The translations under genes and the position numbers were made by a program. The notes beneath the pieces were generated by a model. It was given only the letters and a program-made list of their open reading frames with translations. It ran no database searches and had not been told where the DNA came from. Positions 51,658 to 62,394 of a stretch of 64,000 nt of DNA are shown here, piece after piece (positions within the stretch are counted from its first letter, which is position 1; the number at the start of each line of letters is the position of its first letter). The stretch lies in assembly GCF_030144855.1 (NCBI RefSeq), contig NC_082738.1, positions 35,836,001 through 35,900,000 of the forward strand, read 5' to 3'. The DNA is from Hypanus sabinus (Eukaryota).

Positions 51658-51684
51658 CAGCGGCGGCTGGCCCTGGCGTTTCCC
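51639..51684 (-). promoter_or_regulatory. -1 programmed ribosomal frameshift signal (G GGA AAC + 5-nt spacer + 12-bp GC stem-loop)
   Basis: Slippery heptamer at 51678-51684 in the gag frame (P-G-N). Arms GGCCAGCCGCCG/CGGCGGCTGGCC at 51661-51672 and 51639-51650, with a 10-nt loop holding the gag TGA. The -1 frame reads PGKRQGQPPLMATAAG into the protease. Confidence 0.85.
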
Positions 51685-52343
51685 GGGAACTTGCAGGGCG
51701 GGCGGCAACGGCGGGCTTCTGCGCCCCACCGCTGGTGGTAGAAGCACCAGTGGTCATTGGGCCGGGGGTTAGTGGGCTCTGCGGCCGGGCCTGGACTGGT
51801 TTGCTGCCGGGAGCGTGGCTGGGTGATCTGTGCGATGGACGCCCCGCTCACCTTTTTGGCGTTCCACAGCAAGTCCGCCCGGGCTGCCACCTTCCGGGGG
51901 TCACTGAAATCCGCGTCGGACAGCAGCAGGCGGATGTCCTCGGGCAGCTGCTCCAGGAATGCCTGCTCAAACATGAGGCCTGTGTGTCCCTCGGCCAGAG
52001 ACAACATCTCATTCATTAAAGCCGATGGAGGTCTGTCTCCCAAGCCATCCAGGTGCAGTAAACGGGCAGCCCGCTCGCGCCGTGAGAGTCCGAAAGTCCT
52101 GAGGAGCAGGGCTTTGAATTCCGTGTACTTGCCGTCTGCCGGGGGCGACTGTACGAACTCCGCGACCTGGGCCGCTGTGTCCTGGTCGAGGGAGCCCACC
52201 ACGTAGTAGTAGCGGGTGTCTTCTGAGGTGATCCGGCGAACGTGGAATTGGGCTTCGGCTTGCTGGAACCATAGGTCCGGGCGCTGTGTCCAGAAACCCG
52301 GCAGTTTCAACGAAACCGCATGAACAGAGGCGGCGTCGGTCAT
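51657..52343 (-). CDS. gag: Gag (228 aa from MTDAASV) with C-x2-H-x9-C-x3-C (CHCC) nucleocapsid motif
   Basis: Uninterrupted ORF; KLPGFW...P..WF..AEAQF capsid-like N-terminus and CFYHQRWGAEARRCRPPC near the C-terminus. Confidence 0.9.
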   Translation of the reverse strand: MTDAASVHAVSLKLPGFWTQRPDLWFQQAEAQFHVRRITSEDTRYYYVVGSLDQDTAAQVAEFVQSPPADGKYTEFKALLLRTFGLSRRERAARLLHLDGLGDRPPSALMNEMLSLAEGHTGLMFEQAFLEQLPEDIRLLLSDADFSDPRKVAARADLLWNAKKVSGASIAQITQPRSRQQTSPGPAAEPTNPRPNDHWCFYHQRWGAEARRCRPPCKFPGNARASRR

Positions 52344-52367
52344 TTCTGGTCCAAAAATCGTTTGGAC

Positions 52368-52381
52368 CGTCGGGGTCACCA
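52368..52381 (-). promoter_or_regulatory. Primer-binding site for tRNA-Trp
   Basis: Minus strand TGGTGACCCCGACG, 2 nt after the 5' LTR, complementary to the 3' end ...CGUCGGGGUCACCA of vertebrate tRNA-Trp(CCA). Confidence 0.88.
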
Positions 52382-52383
52382 AT

Positions 52384-52597
52384 TGTAGCGGTGTGCTACA
52401 AACAGCGCTAAAATTACGACACGGAGTCGGTAACTGCAGTCGAAGGAAAAACTTTATTCGAAAACTTCAGCCTCACTTTTAAGCCTCTGTCAACCGGCCC
52501 CCCATGGCGAAGAGGCTCCAAAGCTCTGTGCTCGCAAACCCCCGTAGGCTATCTAATTGTGAGTCGGTTCGCATACGCTAGGAAATGAGCCGCCACA
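52384..52597 (-). repeat. 5' LTR (214 bp)
   Basis: Direct repeat of 49788-50001; TGTGG...TACA on the minus strand, contains AATAAA, followed by the PBS. Confidence 0.97.
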
Positions 52598-52657
52598 ATC
52601 CTGTATTTTTCTATCATCTATCTGCTAAGACTACTAAGAGTACTATGTACAAAGAGT

Positions 52658-53651
52658 CAATAGACAATAGGTGCAGAAGTAGACCATTGGCCCTTCGAGC
52701 CTGCACCGCCATTTTGAGATCATGGCTGATCATCTACTATCAATACCCGGTTCCTGCCTTGTCCCCATATCCCTTGATTCCCCTATCCATAAGATACCTA
52801 TCTAGCTCCTTCTTGAAAGCATCCAGAGAATTGGCCTCCACTACCTTCTGAGGCAGTGCATTCCAGACCCCCAAAACTCTCTGGGAGAAGAAGTTTTTCC
52901 TTAACTCTGTCCTAAATGACCTACCACTTATTCTCAAACCATGCCCTCTGGTACTGGACTCTCCCAGCATCTGGAACATATTTCCTGCCTCTATCTTGTC
53001 CAATCCCTTAATAATCTTATATGTTTCAATCAGATCCTCTCTCAATCTCCTTAATTCCAGTGTGTACAAGCCCAGTCTCTCTAACCTCTCTGCGTAAGAC
53101 AGTCCAGACATCCCAGGAATTAGCCTCGTGAATCTACGCTGCACTTCCTCTACAGCCAGGATGTCCTTCCTTAACCCTGGAGACCAAAACTGTACACAAT
53201 ACTCCAGGTGTGGTCTCACCAGGGCTCTGTACAAATGCAAGAGGATTTCCTTGCTCTTGTACTCAATTCCCTTTGTAATAAAGGCCAACATTCTATTAGC
53301 CTTCTTCACTGCCTGCTGCATTTGCTCATTTACCTTCAGTGACTGATGAACAAGGACTCCTAGATCTCTTTGTATTTCTCCCTTACCCAACTCTGCACCG
53401 TTCAGATAATAATCTGCCTTCCTGTTCTTACTCCCAAAGTGGATAACCTCATACTTATTAACATTAAACGTCATCTGCCAAGTATCTGCCCACTCACCCA
53501 GCCTATCCAAGTCGCTCTGAATTCTCCTAACATCTTCATCACATGTCACACTGCCACCCAGCTTAGTATCATCAGCTAATTTGCTGATGTTATTCTCAAT
53601 GCCTTCATTTAAATCGTTGACGTAAATTGTAAACAGCTGTGGTCCCAATAC
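52658..53651 (-). mobile_element. Young 5'-truncated CR1 LINE, near-identical inverted copy of 31440-32437
   Basis: Protein nearly identical to ORF 31579-32349; same (tattgtc)n tail. Confidence 0.93.
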
Positions 53652-56600
53652 AGACACAATACTGACCCAACACAGTCCTTTAAATAGCTCTAATGTATCT
53701 GCCCCTAACACCACCCCTGGCAGCATGTTACATGCACCTACCACTCCGAGCTTAAAAAAAAACAACCTATCTCTTACATCCTCCCTATATTTTTTCTCCA
53801 ATCACCTTAAAATTTTGCTCCCTTGTATTAGCCATTTTCTGGTGGAATATACGAGTTCAGGTGCACTGCTAGCTGGGCCTTGAACACACACGTCTCTCTG
53901 TAAATGCCCATATAATTGGAGTCTTTGTTATAAGCTATTTCCATACTTCATGCAAAAACAGAATACATTAGAATTTAACTGATCTGAACCATTTCTCATC
54001 ATTACCCTGTGAACTCAACGTGTAATCTTTGAGAGAGGAGCTACTACAATAAAAATCCAAGATGCTTTTATTTAATCTAGGACATTCGATTTCCATTGTG
54101 AGCTCTGAATGAATTAGCAACAGTGAATTTAAAGAGCATCTTAAACATAGTGGAGCATCCCATTGGACTTCATAAGAGTGTTAGCAAACAGAATTTAATA
54201 CCACATCGTGTGAAAATACCAAGCTAATGACTGAAAGCTCCATCAAAGTGAGAGTTTTGAAATGAGGAGAGAGAGCTGAAATGGTTGAGGGAAGAGACTC
54301 CTGAGCTTGAAGACTAGGTTACTGATGGTCTGACTGTCAGTGATGGAGTGATAGGAAAAGGGGGATGAATGATCAGGAGCATAATTTTTATAAATGTAAA
54401 AGCAATTATTGACAGGATGTGAATGCCACTGGGATTTATTGTCCAACTCAACTTACCCTCTATCAGAGGAGATGGTTAGGAGTCAACCACGTTGATAGGT
54501 CTGGAGTATTAGATAGGGTAAGGATGGCAGATCTCCTTCCCTGAATGACATCAATGAACCAGATTTTTTAAAATATATATGACAGTCTGATAGTAATTTT
54601 GCTTACTTTTCCTGAGACCGGCTTTAAATTCCAGATGTATTTAATTGCTTGAATTTAAATTCTCCAGTGGCCATTGTGGGACTCAAACTCATGTCACTGG
54701 ATCAGCGTCCAAAGCTCTGCCTGCTATATCAGGTAACTTAACCGCTGCACAACCTACTACCAATTTAGCCACCCGACCATATTAGGAGGACAACCGGTAC
54801 ATGAGCGCATTCGTAGGTGCACTTGCATAAGTCAGTAGCAACAAAAGCAGCTGTGTTTCCCCCCCCCCGCTGTGGAGGAATTTACCTGCTCAGCAGGCTG
54901 CTGGCTTTATATTGAGGCCTGATCGGGAGGTGAGGTGGGATGTGTAGAGTTTGATCCTGCTCTTGTCCAATTCCTGGTGCCAAGATGGCAGTTTTACTAT
55001 GCAGTCATTATGGGCAAAGAGCTTCCTTCTGTGCATTCAACATGAAACTTAAGTACCTGCTCCTCTGAGAGGTTGACCACATCTGCATTCTGGCAAGGCC
55101 CTTTCTCTGGAATTATGTTGCAGAGATGAAGAAAGCAAATTGTTTGTTTTTTGGGTCAACTCCATTCAAATTGATTGATGACTTCTGCAATTGGGACACT
55201 GCAACAAATTTCAGCTTTTCAAATAGTGAATCACTAGCAAGAGATTAATATTTGTCACTGAGCTCAGTGAATCTGTTTTGTGTGAGAATCTGAAGGTATT
55301 GATCAGTCTAAATACTCCATGGTAGTACTAAGCTTTTCCAGGTCGGATGCAGAGAGTAGCACTCCATGTAATCTGCCGTACCTCACCTCTGCAGTACATT
55401 GTCCTGGATGCTTTCTGTGCCTTAATGACTCTTTCCTTTCATCTGTCTTCACTAGTCTAAGACTCTGGTATCAGTGAAATAAATAGAATTCAACTTCACT
55501 CTGTTCCCTAAAGATTACGAAAGACTCTCTGAGATCCCTCATTGTATGCCCAAGTTATAATGGGAGCTTTTAGATGTCAATTGATTTATATGCAACTAAA
55601 AAAAACCTTATTCCTGTTTATAGTGCACTTGCTGCCCACTTACAGTGAAAATACAAGCACCAGCATCTTATCGTCTGATGCCTGAAGAACTAGAAAATAA
55701 ATCTCTCTCTCTCTCTGTGCCAAGCAGAGGGTGCATAAATCTATTTTACTAAACATTACCAATCACAATTATGCTCCTCTTTGAGGGAATTGAGACTTGA
55801 TTCTAGTTCAGTTACGTGAAGAACACTTGCGATTACAGTCTCTTCCTCATGGCACAATCGATGCTACAACTATGGCTCAGCGAGTAACTTTCTTGCCTGT
55901 GAAGCCAGAAGGTTGAAGCCCTACTCTGGAGACATGAGCACAGAACCTTTGGCTGATGCTCACAGTGTAACAGTGTGGATGTGCCAAAACATCAGAAACT
56001 CCATCTTCTGTCAAACTGAGTAAGGTCCCTTCTGATCTCAAGAGACAAGAAATGTTCCTGCACTTTTCCGAAAAAGAGCATGGAGTTTGGCCCTATTGGC
56101 CAAGCCAATATTAGACCTCACGCTATTTATCGAGAAAGGTGACCACTTATTGAAACCGGTGAACCGTTTCTGAGCACGGTGTTGTGTAAACTTGTGGGGT
56201 GCTAATTGGCTCCTTTTTATTGACAATACAGTAGCAATGACACTTCAGAAGTACTCCAAGTGACATGAATGGTGCAATATGTTCCTGTTCATTGGAAAAT
56301 TTCAAACAGGAGCATTCTCTACATTCTTCTGTTCAAAATGAACACCTCAAACGACATCAGAATATCAGTGAAATAGATTATCTGGCCACTTACCACACTT
56401 GCGTGTGAGCGCACACACACACGCATGCACTTATTCAGATCCAATAACACTTAAAACACAACGTCTTGCAGTATAAGCTAGCCTGTTTGATCAGCACCCC
56501 ATCCACCATCCATTTATTCCCTCCACCACTGGCATACAGAGTCTCCAGTGTAAACCATCTACAAAATCCATTGCAGTCACTTACCCAACAGCTCTTCCCA

Positions 56601-56694
56601 AACCTGTGACTTTTACTATCAAGTAAGACAAAGGCAGCAGGTGCAGGGTAGCACCTGCTGGTTCCCTCTCAAGTTCTGGGCCTGAGCCTGTATT

Positions 56695-57455
56695 CAAAGG
56701 TTCATCTATTCTCAAAGTATACAGCTGTAAAATTCTTCTCTAGATAGCCACAAAAGAAGGGAATGACAGCATGATCATCAACCCCCAAATTCCTCCTCCC
56801 CGCACAGAACAGGCACATAAACTCCCCTCCCCCACACACTAAAAAAAGAGAAAGATCAGGTGAAAAACACAGAATACAAAAAAACCTAAGACTGAAAAAA
56901 TGTCCACAGTCCAAGTCCACATCCAAAATGCAGAAGACCTGGGCAACATTTTCCCTCTCCATAGCAGAGTGATCTCACCAGTGATAAAAAGGCAGCCTCC
57001 CCTCTCCATGGCAGATTGATCTCACCAGTGATTGAAAAGGCGGTCTCCCCTCTCTGTAGCAAAGCGATCTCATCACTGATAAAAAGGCAGTCTCTGGCAG
57101 CAGAGCAATCCCTCAGCGATAAAAAGGCAGGCAGCTGGCGTTTCATTCTCTCTCGTTGCTTTAGTAGCCAAATAATGGAAGCTTTAATCGGCAAAGTGGA
57201 GTTGAACATCGGCTCACAGCCTTCTCTCCATGAGGTTCCCGCATGCTGCCTCTGCCTCTCAGAATCCCGTTGGAGACCGCAGAGCACTGAAACACAAAAA
57301 CCATCTCCAAACTGCAAATAGGCTTCAGCAGTTCCAGAATCACATTCAAGATGAAAAACAAACGTAGAAGACATAAAAGAAGTGAAATATATGGTTTCAC
57401 GATTTATCTGGAAGCTATCGACTGAAGGAGCATTTTACACAGGTGGCATCTTGAT
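56695..57455 (-). mobile_element. Non-autonomous non-LTR element with internal ~47-bp tandem repeats (~56950-57130)
   Basis: Minus-strand start caagatgcca (aagatggcg-like head), 3' tail 'gaacctttgaa', and 3-4 copies of ccctctccat.gcag..tgatctcaccagtgat.aaaaggc. Confidence 0.5.
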
Positions 57456-57469
57456 GAAAAGTCCCTTGA

Positions 57470-58160
57470 CTTTCACAGGAGTTTAGAAAAGTGAGTGGAG
57501 ATCACATTGAAACTTACCAAATAGTTAGGGGGCAAAAGTTTAAAGGTAACACGAGGAGGAACTTCTTTACTCAGAGAGTGGTAGCTGTGTGGAATGAGCT
57601 CCAGTAGAAGTGGTAGAGGCAGGTTTGATATTGTCATTTAAAGTAAAATTGGATAGGTACATGGACAGGAAAGGAATGGTGGGTTATGGGCTGAGTGTGG
57701 TCAGTGGGACCAGGTGAGAGTAAGCATTTGGCACAGACTAGAAGGGCTGAGATGGCCTGTTTCTGTGCTGTAATGGTTATATGGTTACAAATATTGTAAA
57801 GCTTAAATACAGTGGATGTGAAGAGGATATTGCTTATAGTGGGAGAGTCTAGGACCAGAGTGCACAGCCTCAGAATAGAGGGATGTCCATTCAGAACAGA
57901 GATGTGGAGGAATTTCTTCAGCTAGAGTGTGGTGAATCTCTGGAATTCATTGCCACAGATAGCTGTGGAGGCCAAGTCATTGAGTATATTTAAATTGGAG
58001 ATTGATAGGTTCTTGATTAGTCAGGGCATCAAAGGTTATGAAGAGATGTCAAAAGAATGGCTTTAAGAGGAATAATATATCTGCCATGATGGAATGGTGG
58101 AGCAGATTTGATGGTCTAAATGGCCCAATTCAGCTTCTATGTTTGATGGTTTTATGGTCA
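57470..58160 (+). mobile_element. Two nested CR1 3' fragments
   Basis: Duplicated 'ttctttactcagagagtggtagctgtgtggaatgagct' and 'gtggtgaatctctggaattcattgccacag' 3' segments, each with its own tail. Confidence 0.7.
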
Positions 58161-58659
58161 GGTTACACACCATCTTGACTTGGAAATTTATGACACTTCT
58201 TCACAATTGGGATACAGGATCTCTCTCAGCAGCAGCATTGCCAACATTCAAAAAAGTGGCTCACTGCCATCTTCATGAGAGCAATTAGGGACGAGAACTA
58301 ATGCTGGCCTCGAAAGTAATGCCTAGATCCCGTAAAACTATAGATGAAAAGGCAAATGTCAAAGCCTTTTCCAATCTGTTCAACCAAGCATCCGTACCAG
58401 TGGCTGCTGCTTGCCAATAAACAGTGCAGTTGTGGTAAAGTTGAGTTTAGATTCTGATCAATCTAAGAATCAGTTTCTTCTAAAAACAGAGGGGTGTGTG
58501 GCATGGAGCAAACAAAAATTAAGCTAAAAGCCCTGTTGGTGACCTTGTACCCACACAACACACAGTATTAGCATTAACCTGGATTGACACTCTCTGTTCT
58601 TTATGATTTGAAGTAGCTAGTGTTAAGAAGGAGGTCATTTTTAAAAATAGTGGACAAAC

Positions 58660-60338
58660 TAAGTAAATATTTTGTGCCAGTGTTCACTGTGGAAGACACC
58701 AGTATTATGTCAGAAATTTGAGAGTGGCAAGGCAGAAGTATGTGTAATCACTATTACTAAGGAGAATGGGCCTGGGAAACTGAAAGGTCTGAAAATAGAT
58801 AAGTCACCTAGAGTCAATAGCCTACACCCTAAGTTTCTGAAAGAGGTGAAGAGATTGTGGAGCATTAGTCAAGATCTTTCAAGAATCACAAGATTCTGGA
58901 AGGGTCTGGAGGACTGGAAAATTTTAGATGCCACTGCACTCTTTAATAAGGGAGAGAGGCAAAAGGTAAGGAATTATAGGCCAGTTAGCCTGACTTCAGT
59001 GGTTGGTCCATTATTAATGATGAGGTTTTGGGTACTTAGAGACACATGACAAAATAGGCCAAAGTCAGCATGGTTTCCTTGAGGGAAAATCTTGCCTGAC
59101 AAATCCATTGGAATGCTTTGAGGAAACAAAAGGCAGGATAGACAGGGGAGAGTCAGTGGGTGTTGTTTATTTGGATTTTCAGAAGGCCTTTCACAAGATG
59201 CTGCACATAAGGTTGCTAAACAAGATAAGAAGCCATGGTATGATACGAGTATGTATAGAAGATTGGCTGACTGGCAGGTGGCAAAGAGTGGGAATAACGT
59301 GACCCTTTCCTGGTTAGCTGCCAGTGTTCTGCAAGAGTTGAAGTTGTGACAACCTATTTTCATGTTATATGCCAATGATATGGATGATGGAATTGATGGC
59401 TTCTTGGCCAAATTTGCATATGAGATGAAGATAGGTGGAGGGGCAGATAGTGTTGAGGAAGAAGGGAGTCTGCAGAAGGACTTAGACAGATTAAGAGAAT
59501 GGGCACAGAAGTGGCAGATGGAATACAGTGTTGGGAAGTATATCGTCATGCACTTTCATGGAAGGAAGAAAGGCATAGACTATTTTCTAAAAGGGAAAAA
59601 TTGGAGGAGCAAAGGGGCTTGAAAGTCCTTGTGCAGGATTCTTAAAAGTTAACTTGCAGGTTGAGTCAGTGGTAAGGAAGGCAAATGCAATGGTCGCATT
59701 CATTTTGAGAGGATGTAATGCTGAGGCTTTATAAATCATTGGTCAGTCTGCTGTTGGAGTATTGTGAGTGGTTTTGAGCCCCTTATCAAAGCAAAGATGT
59801 GTGTCTTTGGAGAGGGTCCAGAGGAAGTTCATGAGAATGAACCTGACAGTGAAAGGGTTAGTGTATGAAGATCATTTGATGGCTCTGGGATTGAAAACGA
59901 GTATCTGGGTTGTAGATGGTGACAAATATGTACTTCGATAATAAATTTATTTTGTACTTTATACTTTGTACTCACTGGAGTTTGGAAGACTGAGGGGGAT
60001 CTCGTTGAAACCTATCAAATATTGAACGGTGAATGTCTGCTATAGTGGGGGAGTCTAGGACCAGAATAGAGTGATGTCCATTTAGAATAGAGATGAGGAA
60101 GAATTTCTTTTAGCCAGAGGGTGGTGAATCTGTGGACTTCGTTGCCGTAGATGGCTGTGGAGGCCAAGTCATTGGGTATATTTAAAGCTGAGGTGGATTA
60201 GTTGGGGTATCAAAGGTTAGAGGGAGAAGGCAAAGAGAATGAGTTTAAGAGGGATAATAAATCAGTCATGATGGAATGGTGGGTGGACTTGATGGGCCAA
60301 GTAGCCTAATTCTGCTCCCATGTCTTACTATCTTATGT
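58660..60338 (+). mobile_element. Degenerate CR1 LINE ORF2 (RT to 3' end)
   Basis: LFNKGERQKVRNYRPVSLTSVV, VVYLDFQKAF, AKFA...KIGG and LQKDLDRL.EWA..WQM motifs. Confidence 0.85.
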
Positions 60339-60563
60339 TTTCCCACCATTGACCTAAGGCTGATTGCCCAGTGACTGATGACTGCTTATCATTTAAAGTT
60401 TAGACAAAACTTCGAAAGATTTTTGAACTATATTTACCCCCTGACTTTTAATGGGGATATAGCAAATGTGAGCATCTCTCAAGTGTAATTTTCAGGTTGT
60501 GATTTATATCCAGTCTTTCCTGACTCTTTCAATGCTAACCTGGCCACTTTCTGTTCTCCTCAG

Positions 60564-60622
60564 AGGCCTTTGTGAACAGTCAGGAATGGACTTTAAGCCG
60601 CTCAGTTCCAGAGCTCCGGTTG
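60564..60622 (+). CDS. AGAP2: AGAP2 coding exon 2 (59 bp), start of the GTPase-like domain
   Basis: Polypyrimidine tract plus CAG acceptor (ctttctgttctcctcag), then xAG GCC TTT GTG AAC AGT CAG GAA TGG ACT TTA AGC CGC TCA GTT CCA GAG CTC CGG TTG = (K)AFVNSQEWTLSRSVPELRL, then donor TTG|GTAAGT. NSQEWTLSRS.PEL is the AGAP1/2/3 signature; ELRL rather than ELKV favours AGAP2. Absent from the ORF track because it is too short. Confidence 0.93.
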
Positions 60623-60774
60623 GTAAGTTTGTCCCGTTTTCTTGCTCTTCAGTCACAGGACCTGCAGGCACTATTTAGGCTATCATGATGGCAACTGGTT
60701 TATGTTCATCTCTGCAATGTATCTGTTGTGAAATGGATGATTGAGCATGATCACTTTATGACGAAGAGTTTCCA

Positions 60775-61250
60775 GAATCAGAATCAGGTTTATTATCACT
60801 GACATATGTTGTTTTGCAGCAGCAGACATAAAAATCCTATAAATAAATGGTGCAAAATAACGAGGTAGTGTTCATAGGTTCATTATCTATTCAGAAATCT
60901 GATGGCAGAGGGTAAAAAGCTGTTCCTAAAATGGTGAGTGTGCATCTTCAGGCTTCTGTACCTTGTCCCTGTTGTTAGAAATGAGAAGAGGGCATGTCCT
61001 GGATGGTGAGGGTCCTTCATGACAGATGCCGCCGTCTTGAAGATTTCCTGGATGATGGGGAGCTGGCTGAATCTACAACTTTCTACAGCATTTTCAAATT
61101 CTGTGCAGTGGCCTCTCCATACCAGATGGTGATGTAACCAGTCAGAATGCTCTCCACAGTACATCTGTAGAAATTTACTAGAGTACTTGATGACAGACCA
61201 AATCTTCTCAAACTTCTAAAGGATTATAGCCACCGGTGTGTCTTCTTCAG
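60775..61250 (-). mobile_element. Rex/Babar LINE 3' fragment
   Basis: KDPHHPGHALFSFL..G.RYRSLK.HT..FRNSF.PSAIRFLN. Confidence 0.8.
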
Positions 61251-62394
61251 GGGAGCAAATTTCAGCCGGTTTACACAGTCCTGTAAGCACCAGAAATTCT
61301 TGCCTTCAGCAATATTAATTTGTATTTTATTGCCCTGCAATGAGCAGTAGCTTTGTTTGACTCATCTTCTCTGCAGTGCCTAGTTCTGTTACTGCAGCCA
61401 GTATTACCACGTAGAAATAAAGGTGGCCAGACGTATCTCTCGACTGTAGATAAAGAGAGTGCACGTACTAGTTAACCTATCACTAAAATGTCACAAAAAA
61501 GAGAGAGCGGGAGCATTATCTCTTGGCCATATCCTGTTTTTCTTTCTGCAGAACTTGCACGTTTCTGCACCAGATTCACCCAGAACTGAGAAATTATTCA
61601 CTGCTTTCAGAGTCATACAGCATAGAAATAGGCCCTTTGGCCCACTGTGCCCATACCAACCTTTTCTTGCCCATCTACACCATTCCCATTTGCCCATATT
61701 AGCACTATATCCTTCTATTCCTTGGGCTTTGATTACTGTATTTTGTGTTGGTTAGTTGGGAGAGGCTGCACACCCCTCTTTACACTCTGTTAAAGCATCG
61801 CATTCACCTCAAGGTACTAGGCAAGCGGAGTCGAGTTTGCAATGACTTCAGCTTCTGATTCTAAACCCAGCCCTCAAGAATCTGACCCAGCCGGTCCTGA
61901 ACCAAAGTCTGCACAGAAAAGGAATTAGATAGTATTAAAAGTTACAACATTACTGTTGTGTGAAAAATGTGTCCACACTGTTTTGAAGCGATCAGAGCAT
62001 ATATCCCATGATGTGAACTTCATCTCATTATCGGTCCGGCAACTGGATGGTGCAGAATGATGACAGGTGCAAAGAAAAAAGCCAGAGTGAGTGAACTTAC
62101 TTTCCAAACGGTTACCACTTCAGCTATGACCCTTCTGATGGCCTGAAGGCAAGTGTATGGTCCGTACTTGTGATCCAAATCACAAACTACTGGCTGATAG
62201 AAATCACTTTGAAAGTTTGCATTGGGGAAAGAAGGTGAAAAAGGCGGTCTTTAGAATGAGGTGGGGCAAGAAGTAAAGATAAACAAAAAGTAATGTTATT
62301 GCTCCATTTTCTCACTCAGCTTCCCCATAAATCTATCTCTGCTGTTTGCCAGGTACATATTCCTCAGAATTTGGGTGAAATTTCGCCTCAATTA

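Larger units (their letters stand above)
49788..52597 (-). mobile_element. Gypsy/Ty3 LTR retrotransposon (CsRn1-clade-like), non-autonomous, RT deleted, internal inversion
   Basis: TG...CA LTRs at 49788-50001 and 52384-52597, identical by eye. ATCC TSD at 49784-49787 and 52598-52601. PBS, PPT, gag, partial protease, inverted RNase H piece and integrase are present. Confidence 0.97.
29265..60563 (+). other. AGAP2: AGAP2 intron (~31.3 kb, phase 1, GT-AG), repeat-rich
   Basis: Bounded by the donor and acceptor of the two exons above, with compatible phases. Small alternative exons inside cannot be excluded. Confidence 0.8.

Noticed and set aside
52740-53801. 353-aa ORF as an intact protein
   Set aside because: Accidental in-frame fusion of an old CR1 fragment, filler DNA and a 5'-truncated young CR1.
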